From: Takakia lepidozioides
Lineage: Eukaryota > Plantae > Bryophyta
DNA length: 64,000 bases
Direction: 5' to 3'
Assembly (NCBI GenBank): GCA_030704615.1
Contig: CM060734.1
Span: 11,036,001-11,100,000, forward strand
The translations under genes were made by a program, and so were the position numbers. Under the pieces are notes generated by a model. That model did not search any database and had not been told where the DNA came from. It worked only from the letters and a program-made list of their open reading frames with translations. Numbering within the stretch: the stretch's first letter is position 1; every line of letters begins with the position of its first letter. Positions 48,626-60,870 of the stretch are shown here, one piece after another.

Positions 48626-49045
48626 CGTAATTTGAATTTCTAATGTTTCTTCACGAAGCAAAATGCCTGAAAGATAAGAGTCTGCAGAGAAGGAAATGTC
48701 CTGGAGGTTTTGCTCCTCCGCAAGCTCCAGCAGGTTCTGATCGTCGCCAAGTCGTACCACGTTGTCGTCCTCTCCTTCTGTCAGCTCAATGGGCCACCCT
48801 TCTACAGATCCAACTCCCACATCTCCAGCGGCCTCCACCGCATCCGTGTTTTTTGAAATTGACTGCAAACCCAATATCTCTGCTTCCAGTCTCCCTAGGG
48901 GTTTTACTGGCGAAGCCATGGGCTCCTTCTGCTTCCTCGACTTCCGAACTCTAGGTGGGCTTTTCTGAGGCGATATCTGAGGTGTTGAATGAGGACTCGA
49001 TGCACTTCCACCTTGCGAGCGCAGCACCCGGGCAGGAGTATCCAA
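48623..49045 (-). pseudogene. Low-complexity ORF, possibly the N-terminus of the same gene (internal deletion)
   Basis: Same strand and abuts the MTase exon; no recognisable domain. Confidence 0.3.
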
Positions 49046-49599
49046 AGTTGACTGTGTTGCTTCGCCCCCTGCGATCCCTCCCCAGCTCCCATGTCAAATA
49101 AACAGGAAAACATGAGACACTGCACGCAAAAAAAAAGGTGTAGGAATATTGCGTATGGAGTGCTTCACATCCGCAAAGCACGAATCTCTCACTGGTGGGC
49201 GATCCGAGTCTCCGGATAACGAGGTCTACATTTCATGCATGAGACGGAGCTTAAGTCGTGTCGTCGGCGGCTTCCCAAAATCCCGCGTCCTCCTTCTCTT
49301 TGCCGGAGTCACCTGACCTTCCACAAACTCTATGCTACCACTATGCCGCATAAGGAGAGGAAACGTAGGAGAATGTCACTGCAGAAGGGCAAGGAGCGAG
49401 AGAGCGAAGCGGTGGAACATGCAACCACTCTACACGAGCAAATGTGTAAGCAGCCACGTCTCCCGAAGCGTTGCCACCGTCCACCACTTTCTGCCGTATG
49501 GGTGATGAAGAGATTGTGACCCCTGACACGTTCGCACGGATGAAGTCGACTGGAACACGACGCGTGCCAGTTCCAGCCACCAGTACAAGATGGTTTATC

Positions 49600-51290
49600 C
49601 GAATTGCGGCACCAAAATACCTTCCGTTCACCGGATGTTGTTCCCGGAGCAGCCGACATTGAATGAAATATCCGCACATCATGAAACCCAACCGCCATGA
49701 AAATCCCCTGCCTATGACATTCAACAGTCAGGTCGGTACGTTTCATCAGCGGACGGATGAATTTCGGCGCCGAAATTCATCCTATTCAAGTGCTTTCGTA
49801 CACAAACTTACAAATTTCGGCGCCGCAATTCATCGCTTCCCAAGTCCTCATTCGTCATGAGCAAACCTGTCAGTGGGATATCGGAGCCGGAATTAATTCC
49901 GGAACAGTGGAAACGGCTGCACTTGGGCACATTTCATCCATATTTCGGCGCCGAAATTCATTACGAATATCTCCGTCCACACGTAGACGAGGTGAAATCA
50001 TCCATATTTCGGCGCCAAAATTCATCCAGAGCGAAGACTAAATCGGCACCATGCTATGCTTTGCCGCCATCATTGCCCCTGACGGATGCTGTCCATGCCT
50101 GTTGGACTTGCCATTTCTGGACATTTAACTATAATTTCGGCGCCGAAATTATACTTTATGTGCGGCAACGTCCCGTGCGAAAAAGACCACTTAATGGATA
50201 CTGTCGGTTTCAAATGAAAAAAACGGCTAAAATACAATTAATTTTGACAGAATGGGTTCAATATGCCGATTTCTCCATTAAATGCAGAATATTCCTGTTA
50301 TCTTCGTCGGAACGGGGTATTTCCAACGATTTACGGAAAATTATATCATCCAGAAGCAAATAGTAAGTGTCGGGTTTGGACGAATTTCGGCGCCGAAATT
50401 CATCCGTCGCATAGAAAATGTAATATTAGAGTTACTCATTGCGGACAGTAAGGATGAATTTCGGCGCCGAAATTCATCCATTTCAAAGAAAAATAAATAT
50501 TGGAGGGAGGGCATTGGATGAATTTTGGCGCCGAAATTCATTGCTGGCGAAGAAAAAAAAAATTCGGGAGGACTTCGGATGAATTTTGGCGCCGAAATTC
50601 ATTGCTGGCGAAGAAAAAAAAAAATTTCGGGAGGACTTCGGATGAATTTCGGCGCCGAAATTCATTGCTCGCGGAGAAAAAAATAAATTCGGGAGGACTT
50701 CGGATGAATTTCGGCGCCGAAATTCATTGCTCGCGAAGAAAAAGGAAAATTAGAAGGGAGGACTTGGATGAGATTCGGCGCCGAAGTTCATCTGTCGCAA
50801 AGAAAAAAAAAAAAAAAAAAAACTTCAGATGAATTTCGGCACCGAAATCCATCCGCAGGGCAGCAGAATTAGGGTCGGAAAAGGAGATGAAGAATGAATT
50901 TCGGCGCCGAAATACATCCATTCTGCCGATTCAGGATTACTGTCATTCGGATGTCGGCACCGATATCCGGACACGTGGTGAATCACGACTGTAATCAGGA
51001 ACACATTCATCTGTATTTTGGCATCCAAATTCAACCCTCATGTGCAGAAACAATTTGATGAAGAAGATGTTCATCCGAATTTCGGCACCGAAATCCATCC
51101 GTTGGATGCTTGGTCAGTTTCATGAGGTGAACAAATTACTATTTCTGTCGCCGGAATTCATCCCCTGGCTTCCAAAGTTGTTACATGACAGAGATGTTCA
51201 TCCAGATTTCGGTGCCGAAATTCATGGGAAGGCCTGATTTATTGTAGTCCAAGTGGTTGTACATTACAATTCAGGCACCAAATATCCGAT
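49600..51290. repeat. Array of ~20 copies of palindrome P3 (GGATGAATTTCGGCGCCGAAATTCATCC) at ~60-65 bp spacing
   Basis: Perfect 28-bp palindromes at 49755 and ~50452; run at ~50379, 50452, 50516, 50577, 50640, 50702, 50766, 50827 and 50892; degenerate copies on both flanks. Confidence 0.93.
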
Positions 51291-51600
51291 GTGAACTTGC
51301 TGTTGTCGTCCGTTTTTGTAACGTACGTTACATACCTTCATCTTTACGTGCACTGATCACCCATCTTGTTGGATACGGAATCCTCCAGAAAATCATTTGT
51401 GTTATTAGGTAGGACACACTCTTCTCACTGCAGGACTTCGCTGCGGAACGTACCGAGAGGTCCCGTCTTCAACATGGACTCCCGTGTTTGGGTAAACGTG
51501 TACTTCCATCCTGATTCTCTGAAAGCTAAAATACGTTCCACGAAATCCAATTCCCAGTCGTCATCCTCCTCCCACGAGAAGCTCTTCGCCCCGCATACCG

Positions 51601-52020
51601 GTGGGTGACCCCGCAGCTTGGCCCACCCATCGGTGGGGGAAACTGAAAAGACGGCGGCCACCAACAAAGGCGAACGACACTAGGATGGCCAACGCTCTTG
51701 CAATGCCCTGCATAGTGCAAGGTTGCACGGATGTTCCTCACCCCGGGATGGGGCGCATATTTCAGTTGTCAACAGCTGGGTCTGCTGCGCGCAGTGTCGT
51801 GTATACAATCACGGTTTCACAGTACCCAGCTTGCAACTGTGAGGACTTCCTTGTTATGGAATCGAAGAATGCAGCATACGTCCCCTGCAAACACCTTTAT
51901 TACATTTTTCTGAAGCGCATGAGTTGCATATCCGCAGTGGACGTCTTCATCCATGCTCCAACACTGAGTTTCAACGAGCTGCACAAGGCCCTACGGCAGG
52001 ACACTGGTCGGACTGCTTGA
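51601..52020 (+). CDS. MULE-2 SWIM zinc-finger protein or transposase C-terminus
   Basis: PTHRWGKLKRRRPP...PACNCEDF...VPCKHLYY...FIHAP; a clear protein homolog of 1294-1794 with diverged DNA. Confidence 0.78.
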   Translation: MGDPAAWPTHRWGKLKRRRPPTKANDTRMANALAMPCIVQGCTDVPHPGMGRIFQLSTAGSAARSVVYTITVSQYPACNCEDFLVMESKNAAYVPCKHLYYIFLKRMSCISAVDVFIHAPTLSFNELHKALRQDTGRTA

Positions 52021-53882
52021 CATTCCACATTCGGGAAGGAGAAAGTGACAATTATATTACATTCATCTTCTTGCACCCTATTTTTTTTGGAGGAATTATA
52101 CACTTAGTGGTGCTGCATCGCCATGGCTACATGTGAATTTTGGTGCCGCAATACATGAGAATGTGGTTTTTGGCCATGAATGGCATGCGCATGCTTTTTA
52201 TATTTTGGTTGTCTACAAACGGATCCGAGTAAAGCATACATTGTGTGGAGATTAATGGGCATTGAGGCCTATTTCAGCGCCGTTTATGGTCTATGTACTG
52301 CATAGTGCTTCCTTGTTACTGCTCTTCATTCAATTTGTAGTGATTTCGCAGCCCATCCTGGCGTTTTCGTCCACCTCTATGAGAAGACTCCAATTTGCTA
52401 CAAATACATTGTTACTGTTCTGCAAATGTGATGTCTTTACAAGATTGCTAGTTCTGTGTCCCAGTGGGAAGGGTCCTACTGCACATTCCAGCATTTGCAT
52501 ACTGCACTTTGTGCAAACAGCAATCCATACGACAAAGGACACGTCCCAGCATACTGGCAGTGAATTGCAAAAAACCTTAACAGAAGATTATCCAAGCATG
52601 TATATTCCCCATATGGCACAGGGAAGCTGCTTGATTTCTGAATGAAAATGTATGTGCCATGAGTGTCGGCGAATCAAAAGCTCATGCTGGGCTGTAAACA
52701 ACAAATCCAGCACCATCATGTAATGTAGCATAAATCAAAGGCAAGAGTCTTTAATAGAAAGTATGTGTTCTAATAAAGCTCATCTAATGCACTAATGCTC
52801 AACAGAAAGAGTTGGAAGCATAGCCAGAAAGATCAAGATATGGGGGCAGATTTGAGTCGGCTCCCTGAAGAAACAGCTTGAGTCGACTTCACTTCATCTT
52901 GCTAGGTTTCAATCAATTGCAAGCTTCATGAATCATATTACGTGAGGGCCCTCACCTGGTCCCATCACATGCAATCAAAAAACAATGAAGTTAGTGAAGA
53001 TGTGGAACCCCAGGTGAATATCAGGCCTCACGCTTGTTATCGTTGTACAACATGCGTTCAAAAGCAAGAAGAGATCAAAAGCAAAGCAAAGATAGCCCAC
53101 AACCTTAAGGGTTTGTGGAAGAGGATTCAACATAGCTCCAAGAACTCGACAATCGACAACACAACCAAGCAACGGTTTGCTGATTTCTACGAGCATTTTA
53201 TCAGGTGAAGAGACTTCCTGAAAGTTTAAAAGCGGCGCTGGATCTTAATGACCATTGAATGGATCAACAAACAATCACAACATAGGGTAGATTGTCCACC
53301 AAGGGAAGAGACAACTTCATTGAGGGAATTGAAGCTCTGTCGCCATTGCATACCCCAAGGGGGATCGAAAAGTACTGGAATCTTGCGAGAGCACTTGCAG
53401 ACTGTCATAAAGCTTCTCCATAGCCATCAAATTCACAAGATTCGTGTTTAAATGAACCCTCTGACACCATCTCTCAGCTCCAGCAGAATCAAAACGCACG
53501 AGTACCGTGCAGATTTTTAGGGTAGAGGAAGAGATAGGGCAAACCTTCGCGATTTCATCCAAATTAGATGAAAAATAGGTAATGAGATGTAAAGAACTTC
53601 CCTGATTTCATCATGATGTCATCCAGTAGGGATGGCATCCAAAATAGAGTCTGGCTTTCATTAGGGTTGGTTCTCATGACCAAAATCATCCAAAGAACTA
53701 TCAGAGAATATTCTTTAATGGAATTCATCCATTTTCATGATTACATCTAGTATGGATGAAATTAAAATATGGTGTAGACAGAATTAGTCCAAGCCTTCTT
53801 GGGTTTTGGAAAAAATACAAGCAAGTTCCTTGTATAGAGGGAGAGGGAGAGAGGGAGAGAGAGGGATCCCACCAGCCAGCCC

Positions 53883-53948
53883 CTGGTATGGCATTCCCTT
53901 ATGGGATGAGTGTGGTATGCACTCACCCCGTAAGGGAGTGCATACCAG
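53883..53948. other. ~30-bp imperfect inverted repeat with an alternative internal 12-bp hairpin
   Basis: CTGGTATGGCATTCCCTTATGGGATGAGTG / CACTCACCCCGTAAGGGAGTGCATACCAG; TGGTATGCACTC / GAGTGCATACCA. Confidence 0.8.
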
Positions 53949-54059
53949 ACCCAATCTCATAAAAGCTCTCCCTCTTCTTTGTAGTTTGTATCACTGGTTA
54001 AAAAACCAAAGAGATAAAAAATCTACAATCCCATCTCCCTAGGTCATGAAAAAAGCATG

Positions 54060-57000
54060 CTACATATGAAGAAGGTATACAATCATATATTTATGAGTGT
54101 AGAACATACCTTTCAATTTTTCAATGAGCTCTTGTAAAGGGAAGAACAGGCCAGGGAAGGAACCCTGCTCAAGGAAGCGTGTCAATATACGGGTTAGTTT
54201 TCTGGTTTTGAAGCCATTCTTCCCAAGGGTATGTACGAGCAAACAACATTCATTCCAAGCCAGATTAACACTGCTGGAAATATACAGAATTGGAAAAGCT
54301 TGTGAAATCACTATGTTGTAGGATTGATTCATTGGTCTATTGATGTACTGGGTGTAAGAGAAAGGTAAGAGTCGTCTCTTATCATACTTCTGAAATTGGA
54401 ATTCCCCGGATTCAGGGTTTAATACAGAAATCTGGACATTCATGAAGCATGCTTCCAAACCTTCGTACGGGGATCCATTCTTAGTTCTTAGTAACTTTGG
54501 CTTGATTTCCACCACATTAAGTGGGTAGATCCACCGGGGATTACTGCTGCACCTGTCTGCATCAGGATTGAGAAATAGCATTGCATTTCCAATGTTAAGC
54601 CAACATATGTCATCGATATAACGGAAAGCATGTTGAAACTTTGGCATCAATTGAAATTGACCAAGAGCAGCCAGTCTTAAGATGAACTTAAGCTTGTATG
54701 AAAGGAAATAAGTGTTACACCATAAAGGTGAACACGAGAACCCCATGAGGATACCTGAAATCTGACGCCAAACACGGTCACCCAATGCTACGAAACAATG
54801 ACACATCAGCCATTTGTGGAGCTGAAGCAGCCTGGCTTCATGAAGCTCGATCCAGGTACCTGTTTTGGGAGAAGAAGGACTCCACTTGCACTTCCCGAAG
54901 GTCCCATTCTTTGTTTGGACCCAAAGGGTATGGTGTGACCGGGGCTGATCCATAAGATGTTGCTAGAAGGCCAGTTTAATCACATGCTCAATGGCATCAC
55001 CCAAGTTATCTTCACCTGTCAAGGGAATATTTTCATAGCATTGTGTGATGTCAGCCACAAAAACATCATAGATTTTTGTAGGAAGATTTAAAGTGAAATC
55101 TGTAATGCTGTCTATAATCCAGTACATGGCAGTAGACATTTTGAAGAATTATTTGTAAGTGTCTAAACATGCTCTAGCCCATTCCTTGACTAAAGGTAAC
55201 GGGAACATGGTGGCACATGTAACGAGGCTGGCGATTTCACTGAACACGCAATTGTGGGCATTGGTAATCCACCTATATTTTTTTTAGTGTACGAAAAGTA
55301 ACAGGGATTTCAGGTATCATATCCTGCACTTCACCAAAGAGGCTTTCCAAAACAGAGTCTGGTGATGACCATACCTCATCTTGAAGACATGGTCTAAAAT
55401 CCTTACCCATTAAGCGGTGATAGACTTGGGTTCTGATGTGCTTCACACATAGAAAACAAACATTGTTGTTACCCTTATCAAGACCAGACATATACAGGTG
55501 TTTGCCAGTCTAGTTCATCACGAGCTTCTTTCATGACAAGTGGGTTTCCCCCATGATGAGAGTAGTTGAACCTTGTCATACTGGCTTTTTTCTTCAATCT
55601 GTCCCAGCAAGTATTTTTTAGCCATAGACAACATTCTTCTGCCCATGGCTCTGCATAATCAACATGCAGAATATCACATATTTAAAAAAAGGCAAGTACT
55701 ACTTCTGCAACAACATCCTTGAGCAGTGTACTTTTTTGCGGGATATGGTTCATACCAAGGCTGAAAAGCTCTCTCAGCTTGGGGTGTCTTACGATGCTCG
55801 GATCCATAGTACGCACATGTTGTATGGGGGCTGAATCAGGTAATTGAATTCAGCCAATGTATCCGTATCATAGAAGGCTTTGAGCCTCTTGGCAGTATTG
55901 CAGAGGCAAGGAGGTGACTCAATCAGATCTGTCATGAAGTTAAAGTCACGGAAAACAGAAGCATGCAGGTAGTAATCAGTGCTACTGTGCTTATGATATG
56001 TCCATCCAAACATTATTTCCTCAATCATCAGAGCCATATCAGCCTGTCCAAAAATCAGGAATGCTTCTCTTATCAAACCCTTAGGGTTTATCCACTCCAT
56101 ACCCCGGTTTGGGTACAACATGTGTACAAAACCAATAGGGGCAGGTTTTGATACATGGTTAATGAAATTCCTACCATGGGCATGTGCCTCAATCCTTCTT
56201 CCAACATTCATTTCATCTGCACAAACAGGGTAAAATAACATACCATGAGAGAGTTCTTCACAGGTCCATCCAAGAATTGAAGTCTCTCTTGTGGATTGGG
56301 GACACCTCCCCATTGCTTTGTCTAGTCTGAAAAGACTCTTGGCTGGCGATATTGACAGTGGTGCTTGAATTGGAGCCAGAACCTCCGTATGAAGTTCTGG
56401 TGAAGGCCTTTGAATTTTCAGAGTTGTGGGAGGAGCTCTGCCCACGGCCGGAACGCCCGCCTCTTTGGTAGAGGCCTCTGCCACGCACAGGGGTACCTCC
56501 TCCCCGATTGTTACCAGCCCTGCCTTGCTGTATAGGAGCTGGTCCATCCATGCGTTGTCTTTTGTAACCACTGAAGTGTGGTTTAGGGAGGCTATCTGAA
56601 AAAGTTCCAGGTTTGAGTAGCCTTTCAATGTATCTGGCACCTTAGCATCAGGATCTGCAGCAAACTCATAGGCAACCTCCATGATAATCTCTTGAGTGAT
56701 CTGATCCTGTGCCAGAACAGCGGATCGAGCTGTTTTCATCATCCACACTAAGAAATTATAATACTTGGTCTGAATAGAAGGAAATGCATCGTCAGGGACG
56801 AACACCGTAAGGTTGTTTAGCATGTACCAAACAATGTGATCGAACCATGCTACACTTCCGATGCATGCTGATGGCGCACCACCTTGTCCACAATTGCATC
56901 TGATGTATGGCCTATGCCAGTTAAACAACTGACTTTTGTGGTTCTTAGAACTTGTTGAACCAGTCGGGAAGTCATTTTTTGTCCTCAAAGTCATGTTGTC

Positions 57001-57645
57001 CCCCTTATCACACATTTTGTAGTAGAAGGTCCTCAAAGGCCATGAGACCGCAAGTGGTTCTTTTTATCCTTTGGAAGCCTTCTTTTGCATATGTTGCACA
57101 CCTGTTGCGTTCTGCAGGTGTGAGGTCATTTTACCCACATATCAATTGATATGGGAGCCATCAGATTGATGTTTGCATGCGGGTGCCACATCATGTGGTC
57201 GTTATTTGCTACCTCAAGCTCCACGGCCCTTGGAGACAACCAAGGGACGAACTGTAGGTGTTGCTCCAGCAGCCCTCTCTTGCTCCACTTGAGAGAGCTC
57301 AACCTGCTCACAGAAATCCCTTATTGCATCCTTTTCTCCTTTAGGCAGAATCATATGTCCTAGAATAGGATGGTTAGTCACTGATGGAATAAAATCTTTT
57401 TCCATGGCATTGGAAGATTTCTGTGTGGAAGCAAGCTGTTCATCATCCGGGTTTGCCAGCCTAAGTGCTTCTTCAATTGCAGCTCTTTTTTTCTCCCAAT
57501 AAGACAGTTCACTAGCATCTTGTTCCAATATCTTAGCCAATTTGGCATTGTACTCGTTGAGTCTTTCAAGGTACTTGCCACCTCTGTTTGCACAAATTCC
57601 AAGAGCTACCCAATCCTCCAGGGCTAATGTTTCAAGCAATAAAAC
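54060..57645 (-). mobile_element. Penelope-like retroelement (Naiad/Chlamys-like), frameshifted RT ORF
   Basis: PCLC...HVRTMDPSIVRHPKLRELFSLGMNH, DKGNNN (PLE DKG motif), QISGILMGFSCSP, FRYIDDI, YDKRR...ISQ. Confidence 0.78.
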
Positions 57646-59204
57646 GGGGATTGCTAGTCCGTGAGCGGCTCACGTGAGCGGGAAGATGCGTGAGCGAGAA
57701 GATGCCAATCCGTGAGCGGAAAGATGCTCACGTCAGAGGGTGTAGGGGCCCACATCTGCGGACGGTGATAACCCAGGGGACCTATTCCCATGGGAACGAG
57801 TGAAAATGTAATGCGTACTTGGATGTGAAGCTGGATGAACGTTGGATGAATGGTGGATGGATGAAAAATATTGGATGGATGGTGGATGAATGTTGGTTGG
57901 ATGTTACATGCACGATGGCTGAGAGTGGGGCGAATGATGGATGATATATGCTGGAACACTGGATGAATGACGGAGTGACAAATTTGGAATGGTAGAATTT
58001 CGGATAGTTGATGGATGGACATATGTTTTGGATGCATGAACAATTTACGTGCGTATGTGTAAAGACTGGAAGTATTGTGGACCCACACAGATTGTATGAA
58101 TGGACTTGCAAGTGAAGATGAAAAATTTTATGTCCAGAAAATGTCTTATGTAGACAATGTTGGGAAGGGAGGCACGCAGTTGACGCAAGAGAAGCAATCT
58201 CCTCACAGTTGATTCCCTAGATATTCCTAAACAGGTGGAACCAATCGAAAAATGTCTATACACTGGAACTGGTGGTAGCACCGGACTCCGATGCACTAAT
58301 GTCCATAAAGATCCTAGCCCTGTTGTCCACCTTTTCTACACGATTGAAGCAAACTAGAGGGGGAGAGTCACAGAGAGTAAACTCCTTAGCGGCAGCCTCC
58401 GCATAGCATGGCAACTGTAGGGGGGCAGGTGGGCTTGGGAAAAATTCCGGGATAGCAAAGAAAGGGATGCTTCTCCTCGTTTTTGGTGTCCTGCAAAGAT
58501 TCCCAAAGTTGCAAGACCAGTAAGCAGAAAGACAGGACCGCGGAAGGGAAATGCTTTGTGACAAAAATGAAGGTCTGAATAATGAAAAATCCGACATGTC
58601 ATCCAAAACAAACCGGACTTACGTACACTCAAAGTCGGAGTCCACGTCGAGGTCTTCATCTGGAAGTTCCCGCTCGTCGAAAACTGTTTCTTTGTGTGGG
58701 GCTGATGTTGAGCCGGAGGTGAGTTGTTGAATCTCGCATGAAAACAGCTCCGCATCCCCCTCCATGCCGAAGAAGTGTCTACTGGCGCTCTTACAGGCAT
58801 GGAATGTTGCACCTGCAAATGTAGAACGAATGGTTAAAAAACATGAATCATTACAAAATTCAAGATCATAGATACGGTAGAGCAGGAGACTTGGCAGGGC
58901 ACACCTGTTCCCAAAGACAAGTCCACCACCCGCCCCCCATGCCGGCTGCAAGTCTCCACCAGAGTCTGCATGAATGCTAGAGATTAATACCAACCACCTC
59001 TCCAAGGCACACCATTCGTCCTTTTCAAGGTCCGCCCGGAGTCCACGTAATTGTACATGACATCGTCCCCCACAGGCTCGCAGGTGGGGTCGATGTGTGC
59101 TGCAAGGTCTCTCAACTGGAACTCCGCAATACTAGGAGGGAGGGTGTCCTTTTGCATCCTCACCAAGCATAAAGCCTCGAACACCCGAGTCTGCATGCCC
59201 CCCC
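57646..59204 (+). mobile_element. MULE-3: third related element, left end, inserted into the PLE
   Basis: Terminus GGGGATTGCTAGTCCGTGAGC (15/21 to either MULE-1 end), GTGAGCG subterminal repeats, GGATG repeats at 57820-58040, then the MTase-like gene in the same orientation as in MULE-1. Confidence 0.65.
58256..59204 (-). pseudogene. MULE-3 N6A/N4C methyltransferase-like gene, 3' exons
   Basis: DDVMYNY...GVPWRGGWY*SLAFMQTLVETCSRHGGRVVDLSLGT/G-ATFHACKSASRHFFGMEGDAELF (intron 58813-58904); tail LPCYAEAAAKE...RIFMDISASES. Confidence 0.72.
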
Positions 59205-59929
59205 CACTAGAAGGAAAAACGGCTTTTTCCACGGCTCTGCCATCTCACACCTGGCACATTCCACGGCTTTTATCACGGGTCTGTACACTAAGCCAAGGTG
59301 TGGGTCTAAATATGCCCTAACTGTGGGGTGTCTGACATGTGGTCCACACCCCAGGCAAGAACGGTGTGAAAACAGCCATGAGCGTGGCAGGGGTTGGCTT
59401 AGTTTACATGGCATGTTACACACCTGTGTGAAATGGGAACATACAATTAACAAAAAACACAAGAAATGGGAACATACACAAGAAGGAGCCTGTGGCCTAC
59501 TTTTGGTGCCTTGCAAATTGCAATAAGAGGCTCCGATCTGTTGGCAAGAAGTACCCGTTGCTCCACGATTACTCCCTGTGGTACACATTGACTGGCCTTC
59601 CATGCCCTCTCGGATGAGCACGATGTCATGGTGATCATGGATCGAGGTGAGCGAGGATATACATAGTGTCATTGACATACACCGCAATGTAGATTCATGC
59701 ACTGTAGCTTCCCGCAATCGTCTCATGCATGACGTTTTTGCTTCAGTTTTCAGCGTTGGTACTTGTGACGGTGTGATGGTTTGGGGGTGAAGCAGTAGCA
59801 ATGCAGAGACTATCCACATTTCAGCCTGCGTACATTATCCTTTTGGGTTTTGCCTCAAGTTTATGTACTTAACTGGCCTCTCCTGTCAAAAACTGAGTGT
59901 CCCTGTATGACGTTCAGCTTGCCTCTTGT

Positions 59930-60870
59930 TATCTACTTCTCAGACCTTTCAACCATACTGCTTATGAATCTGTAATACTTTTGTTTCATGTGTGGTGCAA
60001 CAACTTGGTAATGGGCGGTAAAATTACAAGTGCACATGTGGTGATGTCCACATTCAGAACAAATAACAGCACATCTGGATGGTTGAAGGCATAGCGCCCA
60101 TGAGCTCCCAGCTCTAGCAAGAAAGAGTTTTATTTTCGGAAGGACCAAATAATGTGGGGGGTTGCAAATCCATGCAAAGTACACACCCATAATGTGGACT
60201 AGTAATTGGTGTCTGTAACACATAATGGTCTTTGGATTGCTCACCTCAAGCCCCCCATACAAAGTATGTATGTTTTTCAAAGAAAGGTCATCTCTACAAT
60301 TCCAACTCGCAATCATGACAAAGCGGGGTGGTACATGCAGAGGGATGAAGCACTGAATCTCACAAACATGAGAAACAGAGAGAAATCACAAAGCAAAAGA
60401 TCAACTTTGGCTATATATGAATCTGGAATCTCCATGATTCTGAATTCATGGGTTCCGAGGTGCCACATACCTTCTTGTGATTCATGAACATTCTCCTCCA
60501 CCATCACATCGCCTCTAAATTGAGCAATGATAGAAGCCTCATCCCTGTCACAGTGAGGGTTTTTAAACAAGCCAAAAAATAGAGTAACCGTGGAACGAGC
60601 CCTCTCTATGAGTAAGTCAAAGCCATCATAAATAGGGCCACATACTGTCATGTGCGGAGGAATTGAACCTGTAGCCAACTAAATGGCTCTGCCCCATGCA
60701 TGGCTCTGCCCATGTGACCTGCAAGCACACAGTCAAAAAAGTGGGGGTTTACGAACTTGCCAAATCCCAAGCATGAATAGAGGGGTCCCATTAGTGGGGA
60801 AGACATGTGAATCAGCATCCACAGTTGCAATGCCCATCAGATCCAACATGTGACTTGTTGTGCAGATTGT
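59930..60870 (-). other. Possible spliced accessory gene of the CACTA element, unknown function
   Basis: Same-strand ORFs with GT-AG-like boundaries (e.g. AAG|GTATGT at ~60470); no domain recognised. Confidence 0.25.

Noticed and set aside
49757-51237. ORFs with repeated MNFGAEIH / EFRRRNS (and EMRRRIS at 21758-22538, MEKRRRIS at 39948-40741)
   Set aside because: Translations of the palindromic repeats; they appear on both strands.
49600-51290. True CRISPR array
   Set aside because: Eukaryotic TE context, no cas genes, repeats are loopless full palindromes with variable ends, and central spacers are copies of each other.
52250-53560. Host gene between MULE-2 and the PLE
   Set aside because: Short ORFs on both strands with no recognisable motifs; left unassigned. 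The right end of MULE-2 was not found.
53560-53770. Hammerhead ribozyme associated with the PLE
   Set aside because: No intact CTGATGA...GAAA core on either strand.
60360-60470. KVDLLLCDF as another MTase motif IV
   Set aside because: Lies after an AAG|GTATGT donor in a pyrimidine-rich tract, so it is most likely an intron; no motif I follows.
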